Below, piece by piece: positions 49,057 through 59,545 of a stretch of 64,000 bases of DNA (the first letter of the stretch is position 1; each line of letters opens with the position of its first letter). A model generated the notes under the pieces. That model worked only from the letters and a program-made list of their open reading frames with translations. It was not told where the DNA came from and did not search any database. A program made the position numbers and the translations under genes. The stretch comes from a virus. The stretch lies in the IMG/VR virus record IMGVR_UViG_3300045988_116230, positions 84,126 to 148,125 of that record, one strand, 5' to 3'.

Positions 49057-49516
49057 TCTTCTTCTCGCCTAATTTTTCAGCTCCCTTCTGAAGATCGTAT
49101 TTGAATACGTCAATGATCTTCGTTTCAGCAATAGCTTCGCAATTCCAGTCTCCTAACGTGCCCTGCATACCTTTAGTCAACACAGCTTCGGCATCCTTAG
49201 GATTGCCGGCCTGGACATACATATAGCATGGAGTTTTCTTTTCTTTACCTTTCTTTTCATCCAGTGTAATGTAATTTACCTTACACTTATACCAGTACTC
49301 AGCTTCTCCGTTGAAGAAGATTTCCGACACTTTAATAGGATTTATTTTAATAATGTCGAACACTTGAAATAAATCCTTGAAAATCTCTAAAGATCTTGAT
49401 TCTGCCTCTGTATAAGACAAGGCATCTACCAAATACTTTTCAGTTACTTTCTTTTTTTTGCCGTTCTCGATATTATCAATCTCGGCTTTTACCGTAATTT
49501 CAAACCAGCGATTCAT
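49046..49516 (-). CDS. hypothetical protein
   Basis: ORF track. Confidence 0.45.
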   Translation of the reverse strand: MNRWFEITVKAEIDNIENGKKKKVTEKYLVDALSYTEAESRSLEIFKDLFQVFDIIKINPIKVSEIFFNGEAEYWYKCKVNYITLDEKKGKEKKTPCYMYVQAGNPKDAEAVLTKGMQGTLGDWNCEAIAETKIIDVFKYDLQKGAEKLGEKKSEE

Positions 49517-49527
49517 TGTATTAATAT

Positions 49528-49836
49528 TTAATTAGTTGATTTCTTTCCTTTCTCTATACTATTTTTAAATCTTTCAGAACACCACTGCAAAACATCCATC
49601 ATCATCATCTCATTATTAGATAAGATGCCTTTTATAATTAACGCCAATTGATGCTGTGACATTCTTAGGCTCATATCAAATCTTCTTTCCTCTTCATTTA
49701 CTATCGTGGCTACGAAATACTTACACCCCTCTAAGTGCGTCAGGGCTTCAATCATAGCTTCTTTTATCTCTTTTTCTTCCATTCTGTTTGTTTTTTTTGG
49801 ACAAAGATATGTCTTTTGATAATAAAAAAGATTCAA
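49528..49836 (-). CDS. hypothetical protein
   Basis: ORF track. Confidence 0.4.
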   Translation of the reverse strand: MNLFYYQKTYLCPKKTNRMEEKEIKEAMIEALTHLEGCKYFVATIVNEEERRFDMSLRMSQHQLALIIKGILSNNEMMMMDVLQWCSERFKNSIEKGKKSTN

Positions 49837-49859
49837 AATGATTTAATTTGGCTTAATTA

Positions 49860-50525
49860 CTACTCTTTTGATTCGTCCGGCATAGGCATGTCAAACTTTT
49901 TCCTGATAAACGATTCTGTTTCTTCATTGAATGGATAGGCCTCCTTAATAAAATTCATAGCTACCTCCATATCACCGTCTGCTATATCTTTATACCTTTC
50001 AAAGATACCAACCAGGTCATTGTTATATGAACGCTCTTGTTTTATGTTGTACACGTATTTCAACACCCTGTCTTTAATTTCATTGGCTTTTTTCACAGTA
50101 TCATTGAAGGAATTTATACTTTCCAATTCTGGATCTTTGCTTTCCTTGTTTACCTTATCAAACTCTTCTTTGCTATACCCCGCTTCCCCTTTAATAGCCG
50201 GGCAAACACTTTCTTTTATGATCCAAAACTGTTCATACGATCCTGTCAGAAACCTTGATTCTATTTTAAATGCATTATATTTAACAAGCAAATTAGCCAC
50301 CTCAGTTGCACCTTCTACGGTTCTAAAACCGATGCCGATATCTTTTAACATAAATACTGGAACTCCAGTTCTTGGATACACGACTTCTTTTTCGTTCTTT
50401 ATATTCCAGTTTTTAGCTTCAATTGGAATACCTTTACCAGCAAGCTCTTTGTCTATATACAGATATATCTCTTTGCATGTCAATGACACAATCTCATCTC
50501 TGCTTAAATCAAAAACTGTTTTCAT
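49860..50525 (-). CDS. hypothetical protein
   Basis: ORF track. Confidence 0.45.
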   Translation of the reverse strand: MKTVFDLSRDEIVSLTCKEIYLYIDKELAGKGIPIEAKNWNIKNEKEVVYPRTGVPVFMLKDIGIGFRTVEGATEVANLLVKYNAFKIESRFLTGSYEQFWIIKESVCPAIKGEAGYSKEEFDKVNKESKDPELESINSFNDTVKKANEIKDRVLKYVYNIKQERSYNNDLVGIFERYKDIADGDMEVAMNFIKEAYPFNEETESFIRKKFDMPMPDESKE

Positions 50526-50725
50526 TTCTTTTTATTTATTAAATTAAACAATCTACCTCTTTGTTCAGGCTCCGTATATTCTACCCATATATCGGCTGCC
50601 ACATTTCTAAGAAATTCCATAAAGTCTTGATGATCCCTGTATTCAGCAGAATCAACTTTTCTCACAAAACTTAGAATTTCCTTTAACATCTTATTGTTTT
50701 CTTCAAGAAGTTCTCTGTCGGTCAT
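50522..50725 (-). CDS. hypothetical protein
   Basis: ORF track. Confidence 0.4.
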   Translation of the reverse strand: MTDRELLEENNKMLKEILSFVRKVDSAEYRDHQDFMEFLRNVAADIWVEYTEPEQRGRLFNLINKKK

Positions 50726-50731
50726 AACTTT

Positions 50732-50980
50732 TCAAATTTTCTTCTTATGGTGTTGATTCTTTACCGCTCTGGCTACCTCCGACAACTCCACGTCCCTTTC
50801 CATTGTTACCCGAAAATCTTCTTCTGTTAAAGAAAAAGACATAGTTAATGTAGGAGTATCCTTAAAATACCAATCACATAATTCTTTTAACTCTTTACGT
50901 TCATCCTCGTTTTTACATTTATGAATGGTAAGGTAATTCATTCTTTCCTCTTTTTCTTTGTCTGTTAAATCTTTTTTCAT
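50732..50980 (-). CDS. hypothetical protein
   Basis: ORF track. Confidence 0.4.
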   Translation of the reverse strand: MKKDLTDKEKEERMNYLTIHKCKNEDERKELKELCDWYFKDTPTLTMSFSLTEEDFRVTMERDVELSEVARAVKNQHHKKKI

Positions 50981-51013
50981 AATTCTAACTTTTAAAATTG
51001 AGTATATAATTAC

Positions 51014-51280
51014 CTAAGGTAATAGATCATCCAAATAAGCCCATGATTCCATTTCATCTAATCTGCATAAAATACATCCTGGACGGCTGGATATAAAAGT
51101 TCTGTTCTCTTCCAATATACCCATAATTGGATTCTTTGATCCTATTGTTGATTTCTTAGGGAGAAACACAATAAAACGGTGGCAATCTGGAATTACTGTT
51201 ATAGAATGCCACACGCTGTTAATGCGCCATTCTGCACCAGCTTTAAAAAGAGGAATAGCAAATTCTATATCTTGTTTCAT
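51014..51280 (-). CDS. hypothetical protein
   Basis: ORF track. Confidence 0.4.
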   Translation of the reverse strand: MKQDIEFAIPLFKAGAEWRINSVWHSITVIPDCHRFIVFLPKKSTIGSKNPIMGILEENRTFISSRPGCILCRLDEMESWAYLDDLLP

Positions 51281-51324
51281 ATCTTATTATTGTTTAATTA
51301 ATTTAAATATTTTTAGTTTTGAAA

Positions 51325-51570
51325 TTATTTAATATGCTTATCGGCTGGATTGATTATCAATCCATCGTCACATGAAGGGAATGATATGTTAGATTCTCCA
51401 TTATCAAGATTAGTCAGTTTAACCGTTCCAGCATATTCATCATCCACAAAAAACAATTGACCCGAAGAAACCACAAACCTGCATTGATATGCATTCATCA
51501 TTGCTCCAAGTTGTCTAATCTTAGTTTTAATCTCTAAAAGTTGAGCGTTGTTGATTATATTCTTATTCAT
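51325..51570 (-). CDS. hypothetical protein
   Basis: ORF track. Confidence 0.4.
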   Translation of the reverse strand: MNKNIINNAQLLEIKTKIRQLGAMMNAYQCRFVVSSGQLFFVDDEYAGTVKLTNLDNGESNISFPSCDDGLIINPADKHIK

Positions 51571-51576
51571 ATTTTT

Positions 51577-52032
51577 TTAATTTTGAATTAATGTGAAAAG
51601 GGCAATTATAGTCGCAACTGATATAATAGATAAAATAACATTTGCCAATGTATGCCTTAAAAGGCGTCTTTCGAGATTTGCGATATGCTTTCTTAGTCCT
51701 TCGCAATGTTTTTTTGTAGACCTGGATTCTTTGAGTTCTTTGTTGTATTTTATCATATTTTTGTCACACCATTTCATTATATCAGCACTTGCTTTGTTAA
51801 GCATATCTCTGATTTTTTCATCATCATAGAATGGTATTTCAACATCAACACAAGTATTTGGCCTGTATAATAATCCGTATGTATCAAAGCACACTTTCAA
51901 TGTGACAACTTCAGGCTTAGCCATTTCTTCGGCTTGTTTCTTTATCTGCTCATCTGTTGCTTCGGCTTTAGCTTTAAGCTCATTGTAGTCTTCTATATTC
52001 AGCAAAGCCATGTTTTCAAATTTTGTATTCAT
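51577..52032 (-). CDS. hypothetical tail-anchored membrane protein (C-terminal TM)
   Basis: ORF track. Confidence 0.4.
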   Translation of the reverse strand: MNTKFENMALLNIEDYNELKAKAEATDEQIKKQAEEMAKPEVVTLKVCFDTYGLLYRPNTCVDVEIPFYDDEKIRDMLNKASADIMKWCDKNMIKYNKELKESRSTKKHCEGLRKHIANLERRLLRHTLANVILSIISVATIIALFTLIQN

Positions 52033-52218
52033 ATCTACTATTTCTTATTTAGAGTGAATGTTTGCCAAATGCTTTATCCCAACGCCTGTTTGTTATCTGT
52101 ACACGTACTACCAACGCATCACGATATTTACGGGATTATATGGTTCTTATGTGGCGGATGTTGATAATCCTAACAACGCATTCGTACTGATTTTTGCAAA
52201 CTGTTCACTCAATTATTT

Positions 52219-52470
52219 TTAATTTTTAATTAATTCAACTCCTATAATATCTTCGTAATCAATATAGTGCATCATTGAAACACCGTTGTCATCATTAGCC
52301 ATTATTTCAACACAAGCAGAACATCTATTGAATGCACCTTCGATTGTTATACCCGTTAATTGCCTAAAGAATCCTAAAAATTTCTTTGGCCTGATAATCC
52401 TAATACGGACAAGATCATTCCAAGTTATTCCTTTATATTCACAAATAGATTTAAACTTCTCGGCTGTCAT
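52219..52470 (-). CDS. hypothetical protein
   Basis: ORF track. Confidence 0.4.
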   Translation of the reverse strand: MTAEKFKSICEYKGITWNDLVRIRIIRPKKFLGFFRQLTGITIEGAFNRCSACVEIMANDDNGVSMMHYIDYEDIIGVELIKN

Positions 52471-52489
52471 AATTCGATTATTTTAGCTG

Positions 52490-52774
52490 TTAGTCATTTT
52501 TTGGAATCCAGTTATCCGTATCACAGTGAAAGCAATATCCGGTTTTAGGATGCTCCGCACCGTCTTTAGCTCCGCAGGTTCCGCAATAATATTCCTTATC
52601 ATATTCTGGGGAAAGACCTTTATTTCGTTCTTTGATAACAGCTTTTCTTTCTTCGAGCATCATCATTTTATCAGGATTACGACTCAAATAAAACTTTCTG
52701 ACTTTATGTATTTGCTTATCAAACAGATCATCGGACTCGGCAATTTGTTTTGCTGTATATTTACTCATGCTCAA
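52490..52774 (-). CDS. hypothetical Zn-ribbon protein (CGTCG...CFHC)
   Basis: ORF track. Confidence 0.4.
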   Translation of the reverse strand: MSMSKYTAKQIAESDDLFDKQIHKVRKFYLSRNPDKMMMLEERKAVIKERNKGLSPEYDKEYYCGTCGAKDGAEHPKTGYCFHCDTDNWIPKND

Positions 52775-52780
52775 TTATTT

Positions 52781-52963
52781 TTAAAGTTTATCTATTATTT
52801 TGTCACCCATTTCCTGCCTCTCTTCGTCGACCCACCTTAAAGTGCCATTTTCTCCACATTCCGGGCATTTATCTGCCCCACATGGAAGAAGCATTTGCGC
52901 CCCACATAAGACACATCTCACCCAGTCTCCATGCTGCACCCCTTCGTATGTTATTGTTTTCAT
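52781..52963 (-). CDS. hypothetical Zn-ribbon protein (CVLCG...CGADKCPEC)
   Basis: ORF track. Confidence 0.4.
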   Translation of the reverse strand: MKTITYEGVQHGDWVRCVLCGAQMLLPCGADKCPECGENGTLRWVDEERQEMGDKIIDKL

Positions 52964-52968
52964 ATTTG

Positions 52969-53706
52969 TTATCCATTTTTATTAGTTCCTAAAAGATGTT
53001 CGTTTCCTTCGTATGGGATACACTGACTAAATCCTACCCCTCCTAAGCATTCGTATTTATTATCTTCTCCTGATTCTCTGGAAAATAAATGCAATTTCCA
53101 CCTCTCTTGGTTAGTTCTTCTTACCAATACTCGTTCAAATGGTTTGAAGTCATGTTTCGGCATCTCATCTAATAGATACTCATATTCACTTAAATATCGT
53201 TTTATTATATCTATTTTTCTACTGTCTTCGACTTTTATAATCTTTTCTGCTAAAAATTTCTTCTCTTCTTCTATAGCCTTTCTTACATGCCGTTTTTTAT
53301 CTTCGTCATACACATGAGTCCATAATTTGTAATCAAACCCAATATCTCCAAATGTTGCCATTCCGCATATACATCCCATTATCCCTTTGGTAATAAGTCC
53401 ATCATATATGAATTGATATCCATTAGCGCTTGTTAATACATCTCCTTTCTTGAAATACGCTCCAGCCTCTACCCTCAATTCCAGAGTGGTGTCGCCAATA
53501 ACACAACCTTCCGTGTTGGCATATATAGCACTTATCCCATATCCATCTTTTTTTACAAAAAGTAAATTATAAGGACCTGCACAGTTTTTCGACTCATATA
53601 CAAATTCTATTTCAATATTACCAATTAATACTGAACCTTCTATTTCTCCGCTTTTAATTTTTCTCGCCGTATTTAAATCAAACGGAACAATAATTGGATT
53701 TTCCAT
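52969..53706 (-). CDS. hypothetical protein
   Basis: ORF track. Confidence 0.45.
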   Translation of the reverse strand: MENPIIVPFDLNTARKIKSGEIEGSVLIGNIEIEFVYESKNCAGPYNLLFVKKDGYGISAIYANTEGCVIGDTTLELRVEAGAYFKKGDVLTSANGYQFIYDGLITKGIMGCICGMATFGDIGFDYKLWTHVYDEDKKRHVRKAIEEEKKFLAEKIIKVEDSRKIDIIKRYLSEYEYLLDEMPKHDFKPFERVLVRRTNQERWKLHLFSRESGEDNKYECLGGVGFSQCIPYEGNEHLLGTNKNG

Positions 53707-53752
53707 ATCTTTTTATTTTTAATTATGTAATCAATAAAATAAGATGGACTAC

Positions 53753-54814
53753 TTACACCCATCCCAGTTGTTTTGCTATTCTCTCCATTTCGTTATATGC
53801 TATCCTATGACATCCAGCGGTTAGCAAATCGTTTTCGTACCGATTTAGACTCCACTGGTGACCGGTGACGTCCTCCACCAGACCGTGCCGAAACTCGGCG
53901 CCCCGGTGCATTGCCGACACAGCCCGCCACAGTTTTCTGGCTTCTGCTATTCCAATCTTTATCTGTTTACTTGTCTCAATAATATTTCCTTTTATACGAA
54001 TCCAGGCGTTAGGTTTTTCACCAGGAATATAGAAAGGTGTATTCAAGAAATTGATTTCTCCTGACTTCCACTCTTCCAGTTTTTCATCAAAATCCTTGTA
54101 ACGGGCTTCTTCTTCCTTTCTTAATCTCTCTAATTTTATTCTTTCTCTTTCTTCCTCACCCTTTCTCCATCTTTCAGATCTTTCTGAATACTTAATCCAT
54201 GTACCTTCCCCGCAAACTTCATCAACAATCACATTTACGGTCCCTAACACTTTTAATCCTTGATGATCTAATAAAATTTGAAAGATGCGTTTTAATTCAT
54301 GTACGTGCTTACGCTTGATACTATCTCCGCTCTTGGATAATTCATGATTGGTTCCAAGCCAATCATTAGCACTCTTTTTAAGGATACTCTTAGCAGTCCC
54401 CATGTTAAAGAACTGAATGTAATCCATCATATTCCCAAAAGCGCCCCAAATATCTGTATAAGATAATTCTGTTTTAGCTCTTTTGTATTTTTCAATAGAC
54501 TTCTTAATTGATTCCAGTTTGCTGGCAACAAACCTCATATTACCAGTATCCGATATATTATCCCCTACACTGAAAACCATTGCCCAAGTTGGTATCGCAT
54601 TACGAACATAGCATTGATGTTTGCTCGTGGTAGCAGAATAATAATCTTCATTTATCAGGTATGCTTTCTTCCCTTGTTTGTTTTTTACTATTCTCCCGAC
54701 TTCAAAGTGATGCCCATAAGAATAAATACTTGTACCTTCAAAGAAGAAATTGCTCCCTGATGCTGATTCTTCTTGTTCATGAGCCCACAAGTGAGCGACC
54801 ATTGAATTGTTCAT
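53753..54814 (-). CDS. hypothetical protein (conserved-looking HLWAHE...YSYGHHF N-terminus; ER-rich coiled coil)
   Basis: ORF track. Confidence 0.45.
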   Translation of the reverse strand: MNNSMVAHLWAHEQEESASGSNFFFEGTSIYSYGHHFEVGRIVKNKQGKKAYLINEDYYSATTSKHQCYVRNAIPTWAMVFSVGDNISDTGNMRFVASKLESIKKSIEKYKRAKTELSYTDIWGAFGNMMDYIQFFNMGTAKSILKKSANDWLGTNHELSKSGDSIKRKHVHELKRIFQILLDHQGLKVLGTVNVIVDEVCGEGTWIKYSERSERWRKGEEERERIKLERLRKEEEARYKDFDEKLEEWKSGEINFLNTPFYIPGEKPNAWIRIKGNIIETSKQIKIGIAEARKLWRAVSAMHRGAEFRHGLVEDVTGHQWSLNRYENDLLTAGCHRIAYNEMERIAKQLGWV

Positions 54815-54826
54815 ATAAATATCTTT

Positions 54827-55048
54827 TTAATTGTTTAACTTACCTTTATCATATGACATTCTCTTTTCGTATTTACCAAATACTTCTCTCCAATCGCACA
54901 CATCTTGCAGTTGGTATGAATCGCTATATTCCCATAAGAAACATGCTGCCATATCCCAACTTTCACAAGGACATGCACTGTCAGTATCATAGTATATTTT
55001 TATACGATAATTCCCTACTTCTTTTGTTGTAATAAGTCCGTCTTCCAT
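54827..55048 (-). CDS. hypothetical protein (track ORF trimmed to avoid overlap)
   Basis: ORF track. Confidence 0.35.
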   Translation of the reverse strand: MEDGLITTKEVGNYRIKIYYDTDSACPCESWDMAACFLWEYSDSYQLQDVCDWREVFGKYEKRMSYDKGKLNN

Positions 55049-55052
55049 GTCT

Positions 55053-55337
55053 TTATATTTTACACAAAGTGAATAATATATATCTAACACCATAACTGTT
55101 ATGTTTATATGATACCGAGAAACCCTCAGAACGAGCAAAATCAATTGCTACCTGTTCATGTGCCATACGAATTGTGTTACCATTAGATGATATATTAGTT
55201 TCTCGAATATGCTTGTCGCAAATAAAACTTGCATATCCATACGCCTTAATTAGACGAGAGATTTTACTAATAAATTCGTCTTTACTGAATGGTGCTTCTT
55301 GCGCTATTTCCATACGCAATTTTTCTGCTGCTGTCAT
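55053..55337 (-). CDS. hypothetical protein
   Basis: ORF track. Confidence 0.4.
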   Translation of the reverse strand: MTAAEKLRMEIAQEAPFSKDEFISKISRLIKAYGYASFICDKHIRETNISSNGNTIRMAHEQVAIDFARSEGFSVSYKHNSYGVRYILFTLCKI

Positions 55338-55341
55338 AATA

Positions 55342-55656
55342 TTAATCTGTTATTTTATAATAATAATCAAGTTCCTCTCCCTTAAAGTTGTTCATGGCAT
55401 ACTCGTCAGCTTCCCGCCACAACCGGTCATACAATGCGGCCAGTTCACGATTGCTTTCATAATGCTGCCAGATTTTATGATTCAATACGAGCGTTAATTC
55501 CGTGAAAAACTTATAATCATCTTCCCATTCACTGAATGCACGTTTGTAGGTATCTTTGACACCTGCTACACCATACTTGTCGGCTATGCTGAAATCTTCC
55601 CAAAAGGTAGTTATCAGGTCATAGCCGTTCTCCTGCATAAATTCTCGAAATGTCAT
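55342..55656 (-). CDS. hypothetical protein
   Basis: ORF track. Confidence 0.4.
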   Translation of the reverse strand: MTFREFMQENGYDLITTFWEDFSIADKYGVAGVKDTYKRAFSEWEDDYKFFTELTLVLNHKIWQHYESNRELAALYDRLWREADEYAMNNFKGEELDYYYKITD

Positions 55657-55690
55657 AAGCTATTATTTTAATCTTCTTTTTACATTATGC

Positions 55691-56446
55691 TTACTTTTTC
55701 CAGCACCAAAAATTCACAGCATATTTCCCAGTAGTTATAAATATCTTATCCCCTCCTATCTCCGCAAGTATGTTCTTTCCAAATATCCTTGTAAGAAGCG
55801 GTATGTACTTTGCATCTATAGGTAAATCCTGGGTTTCTTTTATAGGTCTATATGGCACAAACGCTTTGTTCTCATATACCATCTCAATATACAATCCATC
55901 CGGTGATTCAAATACGTCTTTTCTTTTCTGCCTCATCCCAGACCGTATTATCTGTTCTTTCCAAGATTGAATATATGATTTTCTACGGGTCTCATTTATC
56001 TTATTAATAACCTCTTCCTTAAATTCGTAATACTCATATATATGACCTTTGTAGTCAGCTATCATTTCTTCAATCTTACTTTCGGATGCCCATAACCCAT
56101 AATACACATAACAATCCGATAATCTATCTACTGAAGAAACACCGATCAACATCATTTTGGAAAATGGATTTCCCTCTTTTTCCAATTCTTCTCTTGCTCT
56201 GTCTGTCACCGCATCCCACCATTGCCCTTCACACTTCTCTATCTCTCCGTTGTCAAGTACGATATCGAACTTTCTACCTCCGAGAGCTTCTCTTCTCTCA
56301 TTTCTCTTTGCAAAGAAATCATAGAATATACCTCCTATCCTTCCAATAATGGTATCATCTCCGTACTTTGTGCTAATTTTATCAGGCATTTCGTCGAAGA
56401 CAAGAAACTTCGATTCTCCCGACTCCACTAAGTATAATAGCTTCAT
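55691..56446 (-). CDS. hypothetical protein
   Basis: ORF track. Confidence 0.45.
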   Translation of the reverse strand: MKLLYLVESGESKFLVFDEMPDKISTKYGDDTIIGRIGGIFYDFFAKRNERREALGGRKFDIVLDNGEIEKCEGQWWDAVTDRAREELEKEGNPFSKMMLIGVSSVDRLSDCYVYYGLWASESKIEEMIADYKGHIYEYYEFKEEVINKINETRRKSYIQSWKEQIIRSGMRQKRKDVFESPDGLYIEMVYENKAFVPYRPIKETQDLPIDAKYIPLLTRIFGKNILAEIGGDKIFITTGKYAVNFWCWKK

Positions 56447-56457
56447 GATTTATCTCT

Positions 56458-56937
56458 TTAGATGTAAGTTATGCTGCCAACATTAATCTGCATTATATCG
56501 TTTTCCAGCGTAATGAAATTATTTTGTTTTATGGGTCCAAACATCAATCCATATACACTTACTGTATTAAACAGCCTAACAGTGTGAAAATCTTCATTTA
56601 GCTCTACCCTGTTTTTATCCCAATATCCCAAATCGTTGATAGTTGCCGGGAATCCTCCTACGTCGTTATACTTATAGTAATCGTTTTGATTAAAAACGAT
56701 TCCCTTTATTAAGAGGTTCCCGATGCTTTTCATGTTGAATCCGGACAACGCGATCTGCTCTGAGATATAACTAATCAAACAGTTATGATACGTGTTTGGC
56801 TTATCTCCTCTCTCGTTAATAATTTTCTTCCATTTCTTCGTTAATGGAACCCTAATATCCATATATGTACCAAATACGACTATGTTAGGACATTCTCCTT
56901 CAAACTTCGTTAAATCTTCTACTCTCATAATCAACAA
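56458..56937 (-). CDS. hypothetical protein
   Basis: ORF track. Confidence 0.45.
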   Translation of the reverse strand: MLIMRVEDLTKFEGECPNIVVFGTYMDIRVPLTKKWKKIINERGDKPNTYHNCLISYISEQIALSGFNMKSIGNLLIKGIVFNQNDYYKYNDVGGFPATINDLGYWDKNRVELNEDFHTVRLFNTVSVYGLMFGPIKQNNFITLENDIMQINVGSITYI

Positions 56938-57030
56938 ACATTTGTATTGTTTTCGTCGTTCACTATCTGACTAATGTACGGTCCTGGCCACAGACAGCCA
57001 GGCCGACCTCATGGCAGGGCAGGCTCCACC

Positions 57031-57219
57031 TTACCCTGGCTGTTCTGCCCACTCCCTGTACCCTACGTTAAAACCAATAGGATCATACCTTTTGATCATA
57101 GTGCCGTAATTCTCTCTACCGCAATACCTGTTCTTTCCTCCAATGATCCATGTTTCATCGTCTCTATCTGGAGATATGGAGTTAAGAAACTTCTCATAAT
57201 CTTTTCTACTCTTTCCCAT
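57031..57219 (-). CDS. hypothetical protein
   Basis: ORF track. Confidence 0.35.
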   Translation of the reverse strand: MGKSRKDYEKFLNSISPDRDDETWIIGGKNRYCGRENYGTMIKRYDPIGFNVGYREWAEQPG

Positions 57220-57574
57220 CTTTGTCTTGATTTAAACAATAGTTAATAAAATAAGCAACCTGTTCATTTTCCCCTGTATTATCATAATCACCTAAAGTCA
57301 TATCATCATAATCCAGCAGAACTATACGAAAATCGTTTTTTTTGACATACACTTCCGTTAAATACATAGGAATCCCAGCAATTTCTATTATCACCGGAAA
57401 CTGATCATCGAAGTCAAACGCATCATTAGTTTCTTTAAACTCTTTAAATTCTTTGAATTTTAGCTTTATACTTCCACCGTTCTCCACTAATGCCTCTTTG
57501 ATGTACTTTAATCTTTTTGCATTCAGATCAACCTCTGCTTTTTCTATTTCTTTGTACAATTCATTCAGATCCAT
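57206..57574 (-). CDS. hypothetical protein
   Basis: ORF track. Confidence 0.4.
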   Translation of the reverse strand: MDLNELYKEIEKAEVDLNAKRLKYIKEALVENGGSIKLKFKEFKEFKETNDAFDFDDQFPVIIEIAGIPMYLTEVYVKKNDFRIVLLDYDDMTLGDYDNTGENEQVAYFINYCLNQDKDGKE

Positions 57575-58076
57575 ATTCCACTATATTTATGTTATCGAAT
57601 TTTTCTTTTATAACATCCAAGGCACCACACTCGTTTGTTACCATAACATACTTTCCTGGCTTCATTCTCCACAGATTGAAATACCTTGTCACATTTATAA
57701 TGTTATTAAATAATGATATTTCGTATCTTGTGTTCCCATTTTCATCATGTCCCGCTTTTTTAAAATAACATAGGGTCGGCTTGTATTTGAAATAATTAAA
57801 AAGCCTATACCATCCCTTCCCGTTACATGTTTCACGATTCCATATTCCAGTAAGCTTCCTATATCCCCTTACCGGTATTTTCTCTATTTTTTTTGGTACG
57901 ATCTTGACATACTCTCCTTCTCCGATTGGTATAGTCATATTACCTGTCTCTTCCGTGCAAAAGTATTCTATTTCAGATGCCATGTCTTTATATACATAGA
58001 ACCGGTATAGGTTCCCGTCAGGGTCTACCCGATCCATGTAATATAATATCACTTTGTCTACTTTTATCTTTTTCAT
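57561..58076 (-). CDS. hypothetical protein
   Basis: ORF track. Confidence 0.45.
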   Translation of the reverse strand: MKKIKVDKVILYYMDRVDPDGNLYRFYVYKDMASEIEYFCTEETGNMTIPIGEGEYVKIVPKKIEKIPVRGYRKLTGIWNRETCNGKGWYRLFNYFKYKPTLCYFKKAGHDENGNTRYEISLFNNIINVTRYFNLWRMKPGKYVMVTNECGALDVIKEKFDNINIVEYGSE

Positions 58077-58324
58077 TCCTTTATTCTCCTTATCTTTAAA
58101 TCGTTATTCCCACAGTATTCCTTCAACCAACTATCCGTTAGATAACGATTAACTCTATCGTATTTCTTTTTCGGACCCTTGCTCCAGAATTTCCATTCGT
58201 TTGTGATATTGTACCCATATTTATCAAACCAATGGATATAATACACTACGTTACCGTACAAATCCACTCTTTTTCTTTCCTGTATGACTACCTCGTAAGG
58301 CATCTTCTTGCCTCTTTTCTCCAT
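58073..58324 (-). CDS. hypothetical protein
   Basis: ORF track. Confidence 0.4.
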   Translation of the reverse strand: MEKRGKKMPYEVVIQERKRVDLYGNVVYYIHWFDKYGYNITNEWKFWSKGPKKKYDRVNRYLTDSWLKEYCGNNDLKIRRIKE

Positions 58325-58402
58325 CTTTGTCCTCCTTTCTTGAATAAAAAAAACGGCACCTATCTTCGCAGACCAGTGCCGGTAACTAACTTACATGGAA
58401 AA

Positions 58403-58813
58403 CTATTTTACTTCAACTAATTCTACAGAGCTGTAGAATTTAGTGAAGCTACCAACAAATTCTCTTATATTTTTATATTCTTCTGGTCGTTTTCTGTTAC
58501 CGTCTTTTATATAATTTACCCACAGTCTATCTTCTATGCTCTTAATCGCATTTTCTATAGTAAATTCGTCGCTGACACACATTAAACACGAAGACCCTGT
58601 TTTCTTATGTGGTTTATATACCCTTGAAAAAGACCACATTTTTATCCTGTCGTATATATATCCGTTGTTTGGATAAACGAATCCTATCCGGCTGTCACCT
58701 TCTTTGGCATAAAATACACCTGGCTCCTTCCCGCCCTTTCTATATACTACGAATCCTTTTTCTTTTAGGATCTTAACCACTTTATTTAATTTATTTTCTA
58801 CGTTCATTTTCAT
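58403..58813 (-). CDS. hypothetical protein
   Basis: ORF track. Confidence 0.45.
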   Translation of the reverse strand: MKMNVENKLNKVVKILKEKGFVVYRKGGKEPGVFYAKEGDSRIGFVYPNNGYIYDRIKMWSFSRVYKPHKKTGSSCLMCVSDEFTIENAIKSIEDRLWVNYIKDGNRKRPEEYKNIREFVGSFTKFYSSVELVEVK

Positions 58814-59264
58814 GCAAAAATTTAAAAACGACCTTCATTACATTTCCAAAGTTCTCCACCTTAACCCACTCGTGAGCTACTGCTCTAAGTACGGATGTTT
58901 CGTATGTCGGAATATCGTCTTCTTCAACCACCTTACAAGAAGCCAGAACTCCTTCAGTCGGCTTTAGTCCGAGGTCATGCAGCTCGCAGAGACCGCCCGG
59001 CTGGCGGAATGCGCACCACCCGTCTTTTTCTGTTGGCTGGATCATCGCTATTGGTTTTTCTTTCACTGCAAGATACCCGACCATCCACATTGTTTCTTTT
59101 AACCTGTCAGCGTATCCGGCATCTATGATAGCCTCTATGTCTTTTGGCGTACCAATACAAGGAACCTTACACATATTCTTGCATTTATCACATGTACAAG
59201 GTTGCTCCCATCTGTTATGATCTATGCCAACCAACTTCTTTATCCGTTCTACTTCCTCTTTCAT
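58791..59264 (-). CDS. hypothetical Cys-rich protein
   Basis: ORF track. Confidence 0.45.
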   Translation of the reverse strand: MKEEVERIKKLVGIDHNRWEQPCTCDKCKNMCKVPCIGTPKDIEAIIDAGYADRLKETMWMVGYLAVKEKPIAMIQPTEKDGWCAFRQPGGLCELHDLGLKPTEGVLASCKVVEEDDIPTYETSVLRAVAHEWVKVENFGNVMKVVFKFLHENERRK

Positions 59265-59545
59265 ACTTCTTTTGTTAGTTCATCATAATAAGCTTTCAGT
59301 TCCGGTGAAGCGTATTCCATAAATGCTTCAAACAAGTAGGGTACCTCTATTATCATATTCACATTACAACCTTCTGCCTGTGAAAGCAATTCAGGATCAT
59401 TACTGTACAGACACGCAACATGAGCACCTATATTAAATACATGCAAATCTATCCTTACGTATTCTATACATGAAGACAATGCATTAAACAAATTCTTTAC
59501 TTCATTCTTGTCAAAAAGTTCTACAAATTCTCTCAACCCCATCAT
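59261..59545 (-). CDS. hypothetical protein
   Basis: ORF track. Confidence 0.4.
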   Translation of the reverse strand: MMGLREFVELFDKNEVKNLFNALSSCIEYVRIDLHVFNIGAHVACLYSNDPELLSQAEGCNVNMIIEVPYLFEAFMEYASPELKAYYDELTKEV